This document shows positions 37,023 to 48,230 of a stretch of DNA of 59,375 nucleotides, one piece after another. The stretch is from NCBI GenBank assembly GCA_023245415.1, contig JAHFKJ010000006.1, positions 1 through 59,375 of the forward strand. The letters run 5' to 3'. The stretch comes from Candidatus Gottesmanbacteria bacterium (lineage in GTDB: Bacteria > Patescibacteriota > Microgenomatia > UBA10105). How positions within the stretch are numbered: position 1 is the first letter of the stretch; each line of letters opens with the position of its first letter. Position numbers and translations under genes: made by a program. Below the pieces are notes generated by a model that was given only the letters and a program-made list of their open reading frames with translations, ran no database searches and was not told the origin of the DNA.

Positions 37023-37391
37023 ATGGCGCATAAACATATCTGTAGCGGTTTGGTGGTTACCTGTATTGACTTCCGGTTTCAAAAGATTATTGAAGACTGG
37101 ATGCAAATATATATGGGAGAAGGCAAGTATGACCGGGTGGCGTGGGCCGGGGGAATTTTTGACAGCGTGGGCGTCATCAAGCAAGTTGATATTTCAGTCA
37201 GACTCCATGATATCAAAAAATTGATACTTATGAATCATGAAGACTGCGGAGCATATGGCAAGTCGGGAACTCATGCAAGACATTGTGCAGATTTAAAAGA
37301 GGTGAAGAAAAAAATCGCTCAACTTCATCCGCAGCTCAAAGTTGAAACATACTTCATCCATCTTGATGGCGTTTTTGAGAAAATAGAGTAG
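37023..37391 (+). CDS. small beta-carbonic-anhydrase-like protein
   Basis: TCIDFR (C-x-D-x-R), AGG and NHEDCGAYG (H-x-x-C). Confidence 0.8.
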   Translation: MAHKHICSGLVVTCIDFRFQKIIEDWMQIYMGEGKYDRVAWAGGIFDSVGVIKQVDISVRLHDIKKLILMNHEDCGAYGKSGTHARHCADLKEVKKKIAQLHPQLKVETYFIHLDGVFEKIE

Positions 37392-37454
37392 TAAGCCTTC
37401 TGCATCATACATACATATTGACATACATACGTATTTATGGTAATATGGCTATAT

Positions 37455-37715
37455 ATGCAAAACTTAGTTAAAACTACTTTAACTATCCCGGAAGAATTAT
37501 TGCAGCAAGCAAAAATTACCGCAATCAAAGAAAACACGACTCTCTCTCAATTAGTGAGAGAAGGATTATTCGAGCGGGTGCAACTAAAGAGATCTCCAAG
37601 TAAATCTAAAGATCCGATGCGGTTGTTAGGTAAATTCAGTTTGGGAATAAATAAAATCTACAATAAGCGTTCTGATTTGTATGACGAGCACATTAAACGG
37701 AAGATGGGCCTTTGA
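37455..37715 (+). CDS. RHH/CopG-like antitoxin, TA pair 5
   Basis: KTTLTIPEELLQQAK...TLSQLVREGL; upstream TTGACA overlaps the CATACATAC-GTATTTATG inverted repeat. Confidence 0.82.
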   Translation: MQNLVKTTLTIPEELLQQAKITAIKENTTLSQLVREGLFERVQLKRSPSKSKDPMRLLGKFSLGINKIYNKRSDLYDEHIKRKMGL

Positions 37716-38127
37716 CACGCATCTCTTGATTTATGTCGTTGATAACAAATCAACGTTTCATAAGCAAACTAAAACATTGTTTTTGGCTGTTGCAAGAAAA
37801 CAGATATTGGCTGTTATAGCTCAGCAAAATATTATTGAAGCCGAACGGGTAATGTCTCTTGTATATCACAAAAATCCGCAAGAAATAATCCAAACTCTTG
37901 AACAAATAATTGATGAATTTAATTTCCAGATAGTTACGCCTTTTGCAAAAACATACCAACGCTTTCATTTACTGCTCAATTCCATGGGAAAAGTTAAGGA
38001 CTATTTTGATACGTATCTGGTAGCAACATTGATAGATAACGGCATTGATCAAATTCTGACCGCCAATACCAAAGATTTTGCAGAAATTAAGCAAATGCAT
38101 GCAGTAAATCCTTTCCTCACAAAATAG
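37681..38127 (+). CDS. PIN-domain toxin, TA pair 5
   Basis: FDTHLLIY, QNIIE, FDTYLVATL and LTANTKDF. Confidence 0.88.
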   Translation: MTSTLNGRWAFDTHLLIYVVDNKSTFHKQTKTLFLAVARKQILAVIAQQNIIEAERVMSLVYHKNPQEIIQTLEQIIDEFNFQIVTPFAKTYQRFHLLLNSMGKVKDYFDTYLVATLIDNGIDQILTANTKDFAEIKQMHAVNPFLTK

Positions 38128-38130
38128 GTC

Positions 38131-38198
38131 TTGACAGAAAATAATTCGCATATTAAAATAGCAATCAGATATTAAGACTGCCAGTGATCGACTGCTAA
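38131..38198 (+). promoter_or_regulatory. sigma70 promoter plus CIRCE-like element upstream of groES
   Basis: TTGACA(38131)-17-TAAAAT; ATAGCAATC-N9-GACTGCCAG at 38158-38184 and an extra GACTGCTAA at 38190-38198. Confidence 0.65.
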
Positions 38199-38303
38199 CA
38201 CAAAAATAAAACTGCTTCGTGTAGTATTCAGTTGATCCGGACTATACTTCTAGAAAAATTAGGTTCAAGTAGTATAATTTTTATAAATAAAGGAGGTAGT
38301 GGT

Positions 38304-38606
38304 ATGAAGCAATCAACACAAAAAATTACACCACTTTTCGATTATGTTCTAATTAAGCCATTGGAGGCTGATGAAAAAACCCCGTCGGGAATACTGCTTC
38401 CCGAAAGTGCTAAAGAAAAACCCCAATCCGGTCAAGTGATGGCAGTTGGACCAGGCGCTAATGATGATAAAGGTAATCCGATTAAAATGCAGGTAAAAGT
38501 CGGACAAAAAGTCATGTACAAAAAATGGGGCGGTAATGAAGTAAAAGTCAATCTGGAAGAATGGCTGCTAGTGGAGCAAAAAGATATTTTGGCAATCGTT
38601 GAGTAA
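38304..38606 (+). CDS. groES: co-chaperonin GroES
   Basis: AGGAGG RBS; PLFDYVLI, KTPSGILLPESAKEKP and AVGPG. Confidence 0.97.
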   Translation: MKQSTQKITPLFDYVLIKPLEADEKTPSGILLPESAKEKPQSGQVMAVGPGANDDKGNPIKMQVKVGQKVMYKKWGGNEVKVNLEEWLLVEQKDILAIVE

Positions 38607-38679
38607 AAAAATATAAATTTACCCTCCTTCGCATAATGCTTCGGAGGGTCTAAGAAACACTAAACTCATATTTCGTTAA

Positions 38680-40436
<1,757 letters not shown>

Positions 40437-40461
40437 TTATAATCTATCTAAACTCATTTAC

Positions 40462-41397
40462 ATGGGCAGCAAACAACTCACAATACTCGACGTTTCCACA
40501 TTGTTACCTGGACCGTTTACCAGTTTTTTATTGAATAAACACCTCAATGTTCATGTTGAGAAAATTGAAGATATCAATCATAGTGATCCGCTTGCCCATA
40601 TGCGTCCCACCAAAGATGGAATTGGGCTCGGGTACATGGCAATTAATAAAAATAAACACATCACAAAACTTGATTTTAGAAAAGACGGTATAGAAATCAT
40701 TAAACGAAAAGCTCAATCCTCAGATATTTTTATTGAAAATTACAAACCGGGAAAAGCTTTTAGATTGGGGTTGGGATTTGAGGATTTGCAACAGGTAAAT
40801 CCACATATAATCTACTGTTCATTGACTGGATTCGGACCGTCTCATCCACTCGCCAAAAAATCAGCTCATGATCTCAATATTTTAGCGCTCAGTGGATTTT
40901 TGGATCAGCAACAAAAAATGAGAAGCGCATCCTTCTTGCCGCCTCTGCTTTTGGCTGATTTGTTTACTGCGTATCAGAGCGCCATCAAGATTTTGTCATG
41001 TCTAATCAGTAACTCTCGGGGAATTCATCTAGAAATTTCTATGTATGAAGCTTTTCAAGAAGCGATGATCTTAAATAATTACCCGCAACTTACAACTCAG
41101 GCGGACTTTAATGCAATTGATTATATTATGTCGGGAATGTATCCCTGTTACGGACTATATCAAGCTCGTGACGGATGGGTGGCGGTTGCTGCAATTGAAA
41201 AACCCCTTTGGATTGATTTTTGCCACCACTTGGACCGTCAGCCGTGGATAGACCAGCAATTTGATATGACGCTCACCAAAGATATCGCACTTGTTATGAG
41301 GCAATTTGATCGTGGACATTGGGAACAAGAAAATTTGGATTTTTGTGTGAGTCCGGTGCTTTCTGTGACAGAAGCACAACAGCGGCAGTATGTATAA
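40462..41397 (+). CDS. CaiB/BaiF family III CoA-transferase
   Basis: ILDVSTLLPGPF, INKNK..KLDF, DIFIENYKPG, IYCSLTGFG and AHDLN. Confidence 0.88.
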   Translation: MGSKQLTILDVSTLLPGPFTSFLLNKHLNVHVEKIEDINHSDPLAHMRPTKDGIGLGYMAINKNKHITKLDFRKDGIEIIKRKAQSSDIFIENYKPGKAFRLGLGFEDLQQVNPHIIYCSLTGFGPSHPLAKKSAHDLNILALSGFLDQQQKMRSASFLPPLLLADLFTAYQSAIKILSCLISNSRGIHLEISMYEAFQEAMILNNYPQLTTQADFNAIDYIMSGMYPCYGLYQARDGWVAVAAIEKPLWIDFCHHLDRQPWIDQQFDMTLTKDIALVMRQFDRGHWEQENLDFCVSPVLSVTEAQQRQYV

Positions 41398-43931
41398 ACC
41401 TAATTACTCCTCACTTCTGGCGTATCTTGAAGCAAGTGCCAAGAACTGGCCTGAACGTGAAGCGCTGATTATCCGCAGAAGAATCCGCCGCGAAATCATA
41501 AAATACAGCGAGCTATTGCATGCAATTGCGCAAACTGAGTTTTGGTTTCAGAAAGAAAAAATTCTCCCCAGATCCAAAATTTTATTTTGGTGCCAAAATT
41601 GCCCAGAATATACAGCCGCATTACTCACAAGTCTTTTGACCAATAGAGTCGCCGTGCCTATAGATTGGCGTACCGGGCATGAGACGATTGTAAGGATAAT
41701 TGACAAAACACAGCCGAAATTCTGCTTCATATCAAAATATTTCAAACACGATTTTTTGTTGAATCGTCAAATCAGAGTATTTTATATTGAAGATTTGTTC
41801 ACGCTATTTAAAGCGACTAAAACCCAAGATTTCAAGAGTCTTCTTACTCACAAAAACTACACTGACCCCGAAAATATAGTGGAAATTGTTTTCACCTCCG
41901 GCACTACCGGTAAACCAAAGGGAGTAGTTATGAAGCAGAAGAATATACTAGCCAACTTGCGGGCGGTTGAACTGGCCCTGCCTGATTTAAACAATTCAAG
42001 AACCATCTCTATTTTACCTCTGTCTCACATGCTTGAACAAATCGCCGGTTTACTATTGCCGCTTGGTCATGGAACGTCTATTTATTATTTACCCAGAATA
42101 AATAGTTTCCGACTATTGCAGACATTTTCAGAATATAAACCTACGCACTTAGTTTTTGTGCCGCAAATGTTGAAAATCTTTTGGAACAAAATTGAATCAC
42201 ACGCAAGTACTACAAAACAGTTGGACAAACTTAAAAGACTTATGAATATGACTCAAGTCGCGCCGCGTGGGGTGAAGCGGCTGATTTTTAGGCAAATTCA
42301 TGCACTCTTTGGCGGTCAGTTGCGCTATGTCGCTTGTGGAGGCGCGCCACTGGACGTAAAAATTGCTAAACACTGGGTAGATATCGGCATACCCATAATT
42401 GAAGGGTATGGAGCGACCGAGGTAACCGCGATAGCCACAATTAATACGCTCGAAAAATTGAAAATTGGGAGTGTCGGTAAGCCGCTTCGTGGCGTGAAGA
42501 TTCATCTGAAAAAAGGGGAAATTTATATTCAAAGCGAGAGTGTTTCTTCTGGTTATTTTGCAGATGCAAAAAGAAACAAAGCTTCATTTACACAACTGGG
42601 TTATAAAACGGGAGATATTGGAGAGCTTGACGGTCAGGGATATTTACGGATAGTAGGGCGAGATGTTTTTAAAATAGTTTTGCCCAGAAAAAGTATTTGT
42701 GGAAGATTTGGAATCCAAAATTAGCAACCAAGATAGTGTAAAAGAGACATGTGTGGTGGCAAGGCGTTTGTCCGACGGCGATCAAATTCACGCCTTTTTT
42801 ATTTTGAAGCATAAAGATGCGGATTTAAAAAAAATTGTTGCCCAACTAAACTCGCGCCTTGAATCTAAGCAGCAAATTACCAGTTTCGAGTTGTGGCCTC
42901 AGGCAGATTTCCCCCGCACCCCAACCCTTAAAATAGATCGTAAACTAATGTCTGAACTGGCTAATAATCACATCTCCCGAAAAGCTGTGGTAGCGTCCCA
43001 ACTAAATACCGGGCAACTGTTTGACATTCTGGATGTGGTAAGCAAAGTAAGTAGCTTTCCCAAAGAGCGGATTGTCGACACAGATATTTTGGCAACTGAT
43101 TTAGAATTGGATTCTCTGACGCGGACTGAGTTGGTTTCATTGGCTGAAGAATATTTGGGAATTGTGATTGATGAAGCAAGTATTACCTCTAAAACAACGA
43201 TAGGGGATTTGAAAGATTTATGTAAGCATTCAGAAAATATTGCAGATCTTAAATTACCGGTATGGCAATTTAGCAAATGGGGACAATTTTTTAACCGATT
43301 GGTTATAAGTATGGTGTTGATCCCTTTGCATAATTTTGTAATAAAAATTAACTATCCGCAAATTCACCTTCCCCGCATCAAACCAGGCAGTTTAGTACTT
43401 ATCAATCACCCGGGAATTTTGGACGATATTTGTACTATTCGTCTGCTGTGGAAACAAGGACTCAAGAAGATCACTTCTGCAGCAGTATTTACGAATTGGG
43501 AACCGCGAGACATATTGACCTTTGCGATCGAGTTGTTCGTGGGCGGATTACCGCTATATAAGTCTGGACAAAAATTTACCAAAGTTATGTCGAAATTTTC
43601 TGATCTTTTGGATCAGGGCTACGCATTCATTTTTGCACCCCAAGGCAGAGTTGAAGCTTTCACTGCCATGCATGAAGATCCATTTCTACCCGGAGTAGGT
43701 TATATAGCTAAAGAGTTAAGAAAGCCTATATTTATAGTAAAAGTTAAAGGTTACAAAAAGATTTGGCCCAATACGCCCCAGGGTTGGAGCAAGTCACCAT
43801 TCAGGGAACTGTTGCCAAAACGGCGTGGGACCGTTGAAGTGATTGTTTCAGAAGAAATCAAAGTTGATTATGAAAACTTGAGTCCTATCCAAATTACCAA
43901 TTTACTTGAAGAAAAATACAAAGCAATTTAG
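41390..43931 (+). pseudogene. frameshifted AMP-dependent acyl synthetase-ACP-acyltransferase (Aas-like) fusion
   Basis: FTSGTTGKPKG, EGYGATE and YKTGDIG, then a frame break at ~42685 (KIVLP|EKVFVEDLE). ACP LDSL and PlsC-type NHPGILD and FAPQG follow. Confidence 0.8.
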
Positions 43932-43966
43932 TCTTTTGAAATTTGGGCAAAATTTTCAATAAGGTG

Positions 43967-44108
43967 TGTCAGGCGGAATAGGTGGCATGGGCGGAATGGA
44001 CTATTGATCCGCCAGCCGGCGGAGAAATCCTGAGCTTGTCGAAGGATAAAGTTTTCAGTAGAAAAAAAGAATTAATAACCCCTGCGAGCGCGCAGGGGTT
44101 ATTGGTTG
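43967..44108 (+). repeat. direct repeat copy 2: orphan groEL 3' end + REP-like hairpins + terminator
   Basis: Same sequence as 40318-40436, with TCCGCCAGCCGGCGGA at 44008-44023 and a compensatory AATAA/TTATT stem base. Confidence 0.92.
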
Positions 44109-44119
44109 CATTGACAGTA

Positions 44120-44524
44120 TTAGGGTTCTAAGCGGGTTATATTTTTGAAGTGACTGAGTCCTTTATCGTAGGAATATGCTTTTAAAATCCTTTCTGCGCT
44201 AATCAGATGAATATTTATCACATCAATAAAATCAGTTTGTTGTGCACAGTCGAGTAGTACTTCTTCCAGCCATTTTTTATTGCGCACTTCCAGCCCTTTA
44301 GAGTTTAAAGCTTTACTCACACAATCGGAAATTGCGTTCCAGGTAAATTTTTGGCGCTGTAAGAACCAAACAATTTCTGCCATAACCCATTCAGTAGTCC
44401 ACAAAGAAACATAGTCTTGAGCAGCTTTTCTAAATAAAGCTATGGCGGCTTGTTGTTTTGACAAATCAACATCAAACAACGTGTAAATAAAAATGTTAGT
44501 ATCAACGAATATTTTTTGCTGCAT
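44120..44524 (-). CDS. PIN-domain toxin, TA pair 6
   Basis: FVDTNIFI, VMAEIVW, DFID and YSYD. Confidence 0.88.
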   Translation of the reverse strand: MQQKIFVDTNIFIYTLFDVDLSKQQAAIALFRKAAQDYVSLWTTEWVMAEIVWFLQRQKFTWNAISDCVSKALNSKGLEVRNKKWLEEVLLDCAQQTDFIDVINIHLISAERILKAYSYDKGLSHFKNITRLEP

Positions 44525-44756
44525 ACGTGTGTGTGGCTTCGTGAATCAAATCATCTACAGTTTTGCCTTTAGGGATTTTAAGTGATCCCAGTTTTCCGGC
44601 CAAATCCAGAATACCTCCGCCTACAGGTTCAATCAAGACTTTTTTCCCTTGAATTTGAGCTTTAAGTCGGTCTCCATTTTTGATACCCAGAGCCCGGCGT
44701 ACATCGATTGGAATCGTAACCTGGCCTTTGCTAGTCATTGTCATGATTATGCTCAT
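44502..44756 (-). CDS. AbrB/MazE-type antitoxin, TA pair 6
   Basis: TMTSKGQVTIPIDVRRALGIKNGD; three TCCTTAC direct repeats upstream. Confidence 0.9.
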   Translation of the reverse strand: MSIIMTMTSKGQVTIPIDVRRALGIKNGDRLKAQIQGKKVLIEPVGGGILDLAGKLGSLKIPKGKTVDDLIHEATHTYAAKNIR

Positions 44757-44905
44757 ATCCTTACATTATAATATATTCCTTACTTTATGTCAACTCCTTA
44801 CATTGACAGCTTCTTATTTTATTCAAATTTGTGTTAAAAATAGTTATGAATCCAAATAATAAGTTAAAATTCCCCAAATGTTCCGGTTTTTGGTACTATT
44901 AAATG

Positions 44906-45235
44906 ATGAAACTTATTACGTTAAATATGTGGGGAGGTAAACTTTAAAAATCGCTTCTTACTTTTATTAAAAAACATCACAAGGAGGTAGACATTTTTTG
45001 TTTTCAGGAGGTCTATCATCAGGGTAACTCACACTATCCAGAATTTACGAATGCAGATATGGACATTTTTAATCATATACAGGAAACGTTGTCAGATCAC
45101 ATAGGATATTTTACAACGCCCCAAGACAACGAATTCGGCTTAGCGATATTTATAAGAAAAACATCTCGAGTTAAAAAAGTAGGCGAAACGTTTGTCTTTA
45201 GATGGAAGAATGCTCGCGTTGAAAGTGGTGGTTGA
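44906..45235 (+). pseudogene. endonuclease/exonuclease/phosphatase (EEP) family fragment
   Basis: MKLITLNMWGGKL*(TAA 44945)...VDIFCFQEV...FGLAIF; truncated at 45235. Confidence 0.75.
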
Positions 45236-45557
45236 CAGCTGGACTTGGTATACTTTTTCAGTACAAAAAGAACAATTTCATAAGCAAGCTATCGACTTTT
45301 TATATCTTTGGCCAGAGCTCGTGATAGTAATTACTGTTTTTGAGGAGGTAATAGCGCTTTTACATCACCGCATGGGCCTAAAAATTTACCAATTTTCACC
45401 TTTTAAACAATTAAGAAATTCGCAGCTAAAAATGGTGCCTTAAACGATTTTTCTCCGTCCGCGTAAGAGGTTTTTGATGGAATTGAATAATAAGTCTTAA
45501 AAAACCGATTCTAGAATCTTACATAAAAACTCATGAGACTTGAGTTATACTGATTTA

Positions 45558-46193
45558 ATGTACGAGAATGGTTTTTCCTTTGTTTTCTATGTCGAAATAC
45601 TATTGATGCTGGGAGGATTACTTTTTGCAATTCATAGGAAAAAACAGCAAACGGTATCCACAAAAATTACCGCTTTTGTTTGTTGGTTAACGATAGTTGT
45701 TTCTACGATAGTATTGATACCGATGTTTTTTAATTCCAACTATTGGGACGAGACGTTGCATGAAAATGGATTGTTGGGTATTAGTTTTTTGACTATATTG
45801 TACTTTACCTTCTTGGTTGCTGCATTAGGATTTGTTTTATTCGCGCTCGTCTTAACAGGAGATATTCGCGAATTGCCTATACTTCATTTCAAGGCACCCC
45901 CAAAAGCAAAAACTAGAATTAACGTCAAGAGTTATATATTAATTGAGATTGTTCGTTATTTTGGCAGATCAATACTATACGCAAGTTTACTCTTCTTGCT
46001 GACTGTTGCGTTTCTCCCATTTATCATTTCGTGTGATGAAGTTATATCAGGAGTATGTAAATATTTTAACCAAATAGCTAGCAGTATTGGTAACGTATTG
46101 CAGAATTCTCTAAATCCAACACCTACAGCATTTATATTTCTATTTTTAGGTGCTGTAATTGCTTTTATCGTTGATCGATTTAAGCAAGTTTAG
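45558..46193 (+). CDS. hypothetical multi-pass membrane protein
   Basis: About 5 hydrophobic segments. Confidence 0.6.
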   Translation: MYENGFSFVFYVEILLMLGGLLFAIHRKKQQTVSTKITAFVCWLTIVVSTIVLIPMFFNSNYWDETLHENGLLGISFLTILYFTFLVAALGFVLFALVLTGDIRELPILHFKAPPKAKTRINVKSYILIEIVRYFGRSILYASLLFLLTVAFLPFIISCDEVISGVCKYFNQIASSIGNVLQNSLNPTPTAFIFLFLGAVIAFIVDRFKQV

Positions 46194-46522
46194 ACCTTTA
46201 TGTACTGCAAATTCGTGCGATGGGGGTTTTGGTTTTATAAATAGTGGAATTGGAAAGATTAAGAAGAACTTCTTATCTTGGGATAACGGTTTAGAAGATG
46301 CGAAAAGAAACGATGGCTCCAACAAGTATTCCTAAGGCAAGTTGTTTATTTCGTACTTTGTGTTGTAAGACAAAATAAAAAGACTGTCCGGTGACATAAA
46401 AAAGCAGTAACCAGTCAGTTAAGGTCATATTTCTAGTATAGATGAATCATGAGAGAAATATAAAATATTGTAATGTTGTTTTTTTATGGTAATATCACAT
46501 ATGCATAAAAAGGAGGAGTGAT

Positions 46523-47140
46523 ATGTTTACTTTACCAGAACTATCTTATGTGGTTGGCGCACTAGAGCCATACATCGATACACGCACGATGCAGATCCAT
46601 CATGACAAACACCATGGTGCATACGTCGCAAATTTAAACGATGTACTCAAAGACCTGCCGCAACTTTTAAACCAACCCATTGAGGATCTGCTGCGCAACC
46701 TGGCAAAAGTTCCGGAAATGATTCGGACAAAAGTCCGCAATAACGGCGGCGGACATGCAAATCATAGTCTGTTCTGGAAAATTTTGGGTCCGCAAAAAGA
46801 CAGTGAACCCGCCGGGGCGTTTGTGGTAGCGATCAACAATACATTTGGAAGTCTGGTTAATTTACAGGAAAAGATGACTGCTGCTGGCATGGGCAGATTT
46901 GGCAGCGGTTGGGTATGGCTGGTAGTTTGCGGGGGACGACTGGAAATTATGGACACTTCAAATCAAGATAGCCCGCTTATGGAGCACAAAATCCCAATAC
47001 TGGGGATCGATGTCTGGGAACATGCCTACTATTTAAAATATCAGAACTTGAGAGTGGAATACCTGAAAGCAATTTGGCATGTGATTAATTGGGTGGAAGT
47101 GGAGAAAAATTATCACGAGGCTTTAAAAGCCCGCGGTTAA
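46523..47140 (+). CDS. sodA: Fe/Mn superoxide dismutase
   Basis: HHDKHH, NNGGGHANHSLFW, FGSGWVWL and DVWEHAYY; AGGAGG RBS. Confidence 0.95.
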   Translation: MFTLPELSYVVGALEPYIDTRTMQIHHDKHHGAYVANLNDVLKDLPQLLNQPIEDLLRNLAKVPEMIRTKVRNNGGGHANHSLFWKILGPQKDSEPAGAFVVAINNTFGSLVNLQEKMTAAGMGRFGSGWVWLVVCGGRLEIMDTSNQDSPLMEHKIPILGIDVWEHAYYLKYQNLRVEYLKAIWHVINWVEVEKNYHEALKARG

Positions 47141-47153
47141 CTTCATAATTCGT

Positions 47154-47810
47154 ATGACTTCAGAACAATCAATCGCAGAATTTTCGTGGATGCAGACTGC
47201 GTCAAATATCACGGCTGGCACACAAGATCAGGAACTTTTTGTATTGAGTCATGGTTTGCAGGCTTCATCCGCTGTAGCTTCCACCGATGTGCTAGATCAG
47301 GCTTTGCGGGCATACCGATTGCTGCGGATGAAAAAGTTTTATTTGCGGGCTCCCAAACGTTGTTTACGTCAGGTGATGAAACAGGGTGGACGAGTGATCA
47401 AGCGGCTCAGGAAAGAAATTGAACATGTAGACGCGGAATTGGCTGCCATCATTATCACCCAAAAACACTGGTGGACGGCAGGAGTAGGCAATATGCGGGT
47501 CTATTTATACCGTAAAGAAGCAGTACTAAAAGTGCTGCCTAAAAAAGATACCGGCGAATCTTTGCCCACAATCGGCAGTGAGAAGAAAGTATTGTGGGAA
47601 GAAACTGAAGGTGAATTTTCGAGCGGTGATATATTGCTTGTGCTCACCCATGATCTAGCGATGACTTTGAGTATGTCGCAAATCGCCAAAGTCATCACTG
47701 ATAATTTACAATTAGTCAAAATTCAGGAATTAGCAAAATTATTGATCGAAGAAGCAGTTAAGCGGCGAAAACATGACGGTTATGGAGTGTTGCTGATTCG
47801 TAAACTATAA
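47154..47810 (+). CDS. PP2C/PPM phosphatase-fold protein, probably catalytically degenerate
   Basis: LFVLSHG, GVGNMRVYLYR, GDILLVLTHDL and a terminal HDGYGVLLI stand where D-containing motifs are expected. Confidence 0.55.
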   Translation: MTSEQSIAEFSWMQTASNITAGTQDQELFVLSHGLQASSAVASTDVLDQALRAYRLLRMKKFYLRAPKRCLRQVMKQGGRVIKRLRKEIEHVDAELAAIIITQKHWWTAGVGNMRVYLYRKEAVLKVLPKKDTGESLPTIGSEKKVLWEETEGEFSSGDILLVLTHDLAMTLSMSQIAKVITDNLQLVKIQELAKLLIEEAVKRRKHDGYGVLLIRKL

Positions 47811-48230
47811 TACCAGCATCTCATCGTGTACTGTTTCTGTGTCACCAACTTCTGTCAACCGTTCCCGAATAGGCGGGGCAGTGACGCCAACTACGGCAGA
47901 TATCACATTCACGATTAATAATACCAGCGCAGACAGTATAAGTTGGGCCAAATTTACCGCTCCCTCATCTGATTTTTATGTTTATGGGACTACCACGAGC
48001 AGCTGTGATAGTTCGTGCAAGCTTAAATTAGTACTACGTCCTATAATATGAGGACTTATCTGTGCAGGTGGGATATCAGTAACAGGTGCTAATGCAAAGT
48101 CTCCACAAACAACCACTAGCCGACCGGGAGGGTTCGTCTAAATGCAATTCCAATATTAATCCGCTTGAATTTTTGGCTCTCGCTAACTTTTCAGCCAAAG
48201 GTATGAGTGAAGCTTCGACAATCATCGGTA

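Noticed and set aside
42670-42724. Programmed ribosomal frameshift in the acyl synthetase
   Set aside because: Residues of the conserved linker appear to be missing, which indicates a deletion rather than a slip; no clear stimulatory structure.
44906-45235. Stop-codon reassignment explaining interrupted genes
   Set aside because: The internal stops are TAA, and core genes end normally in TAA, TAG and TGA (efp and groEL use TGA), so code 11 with pseudogenes fits better.
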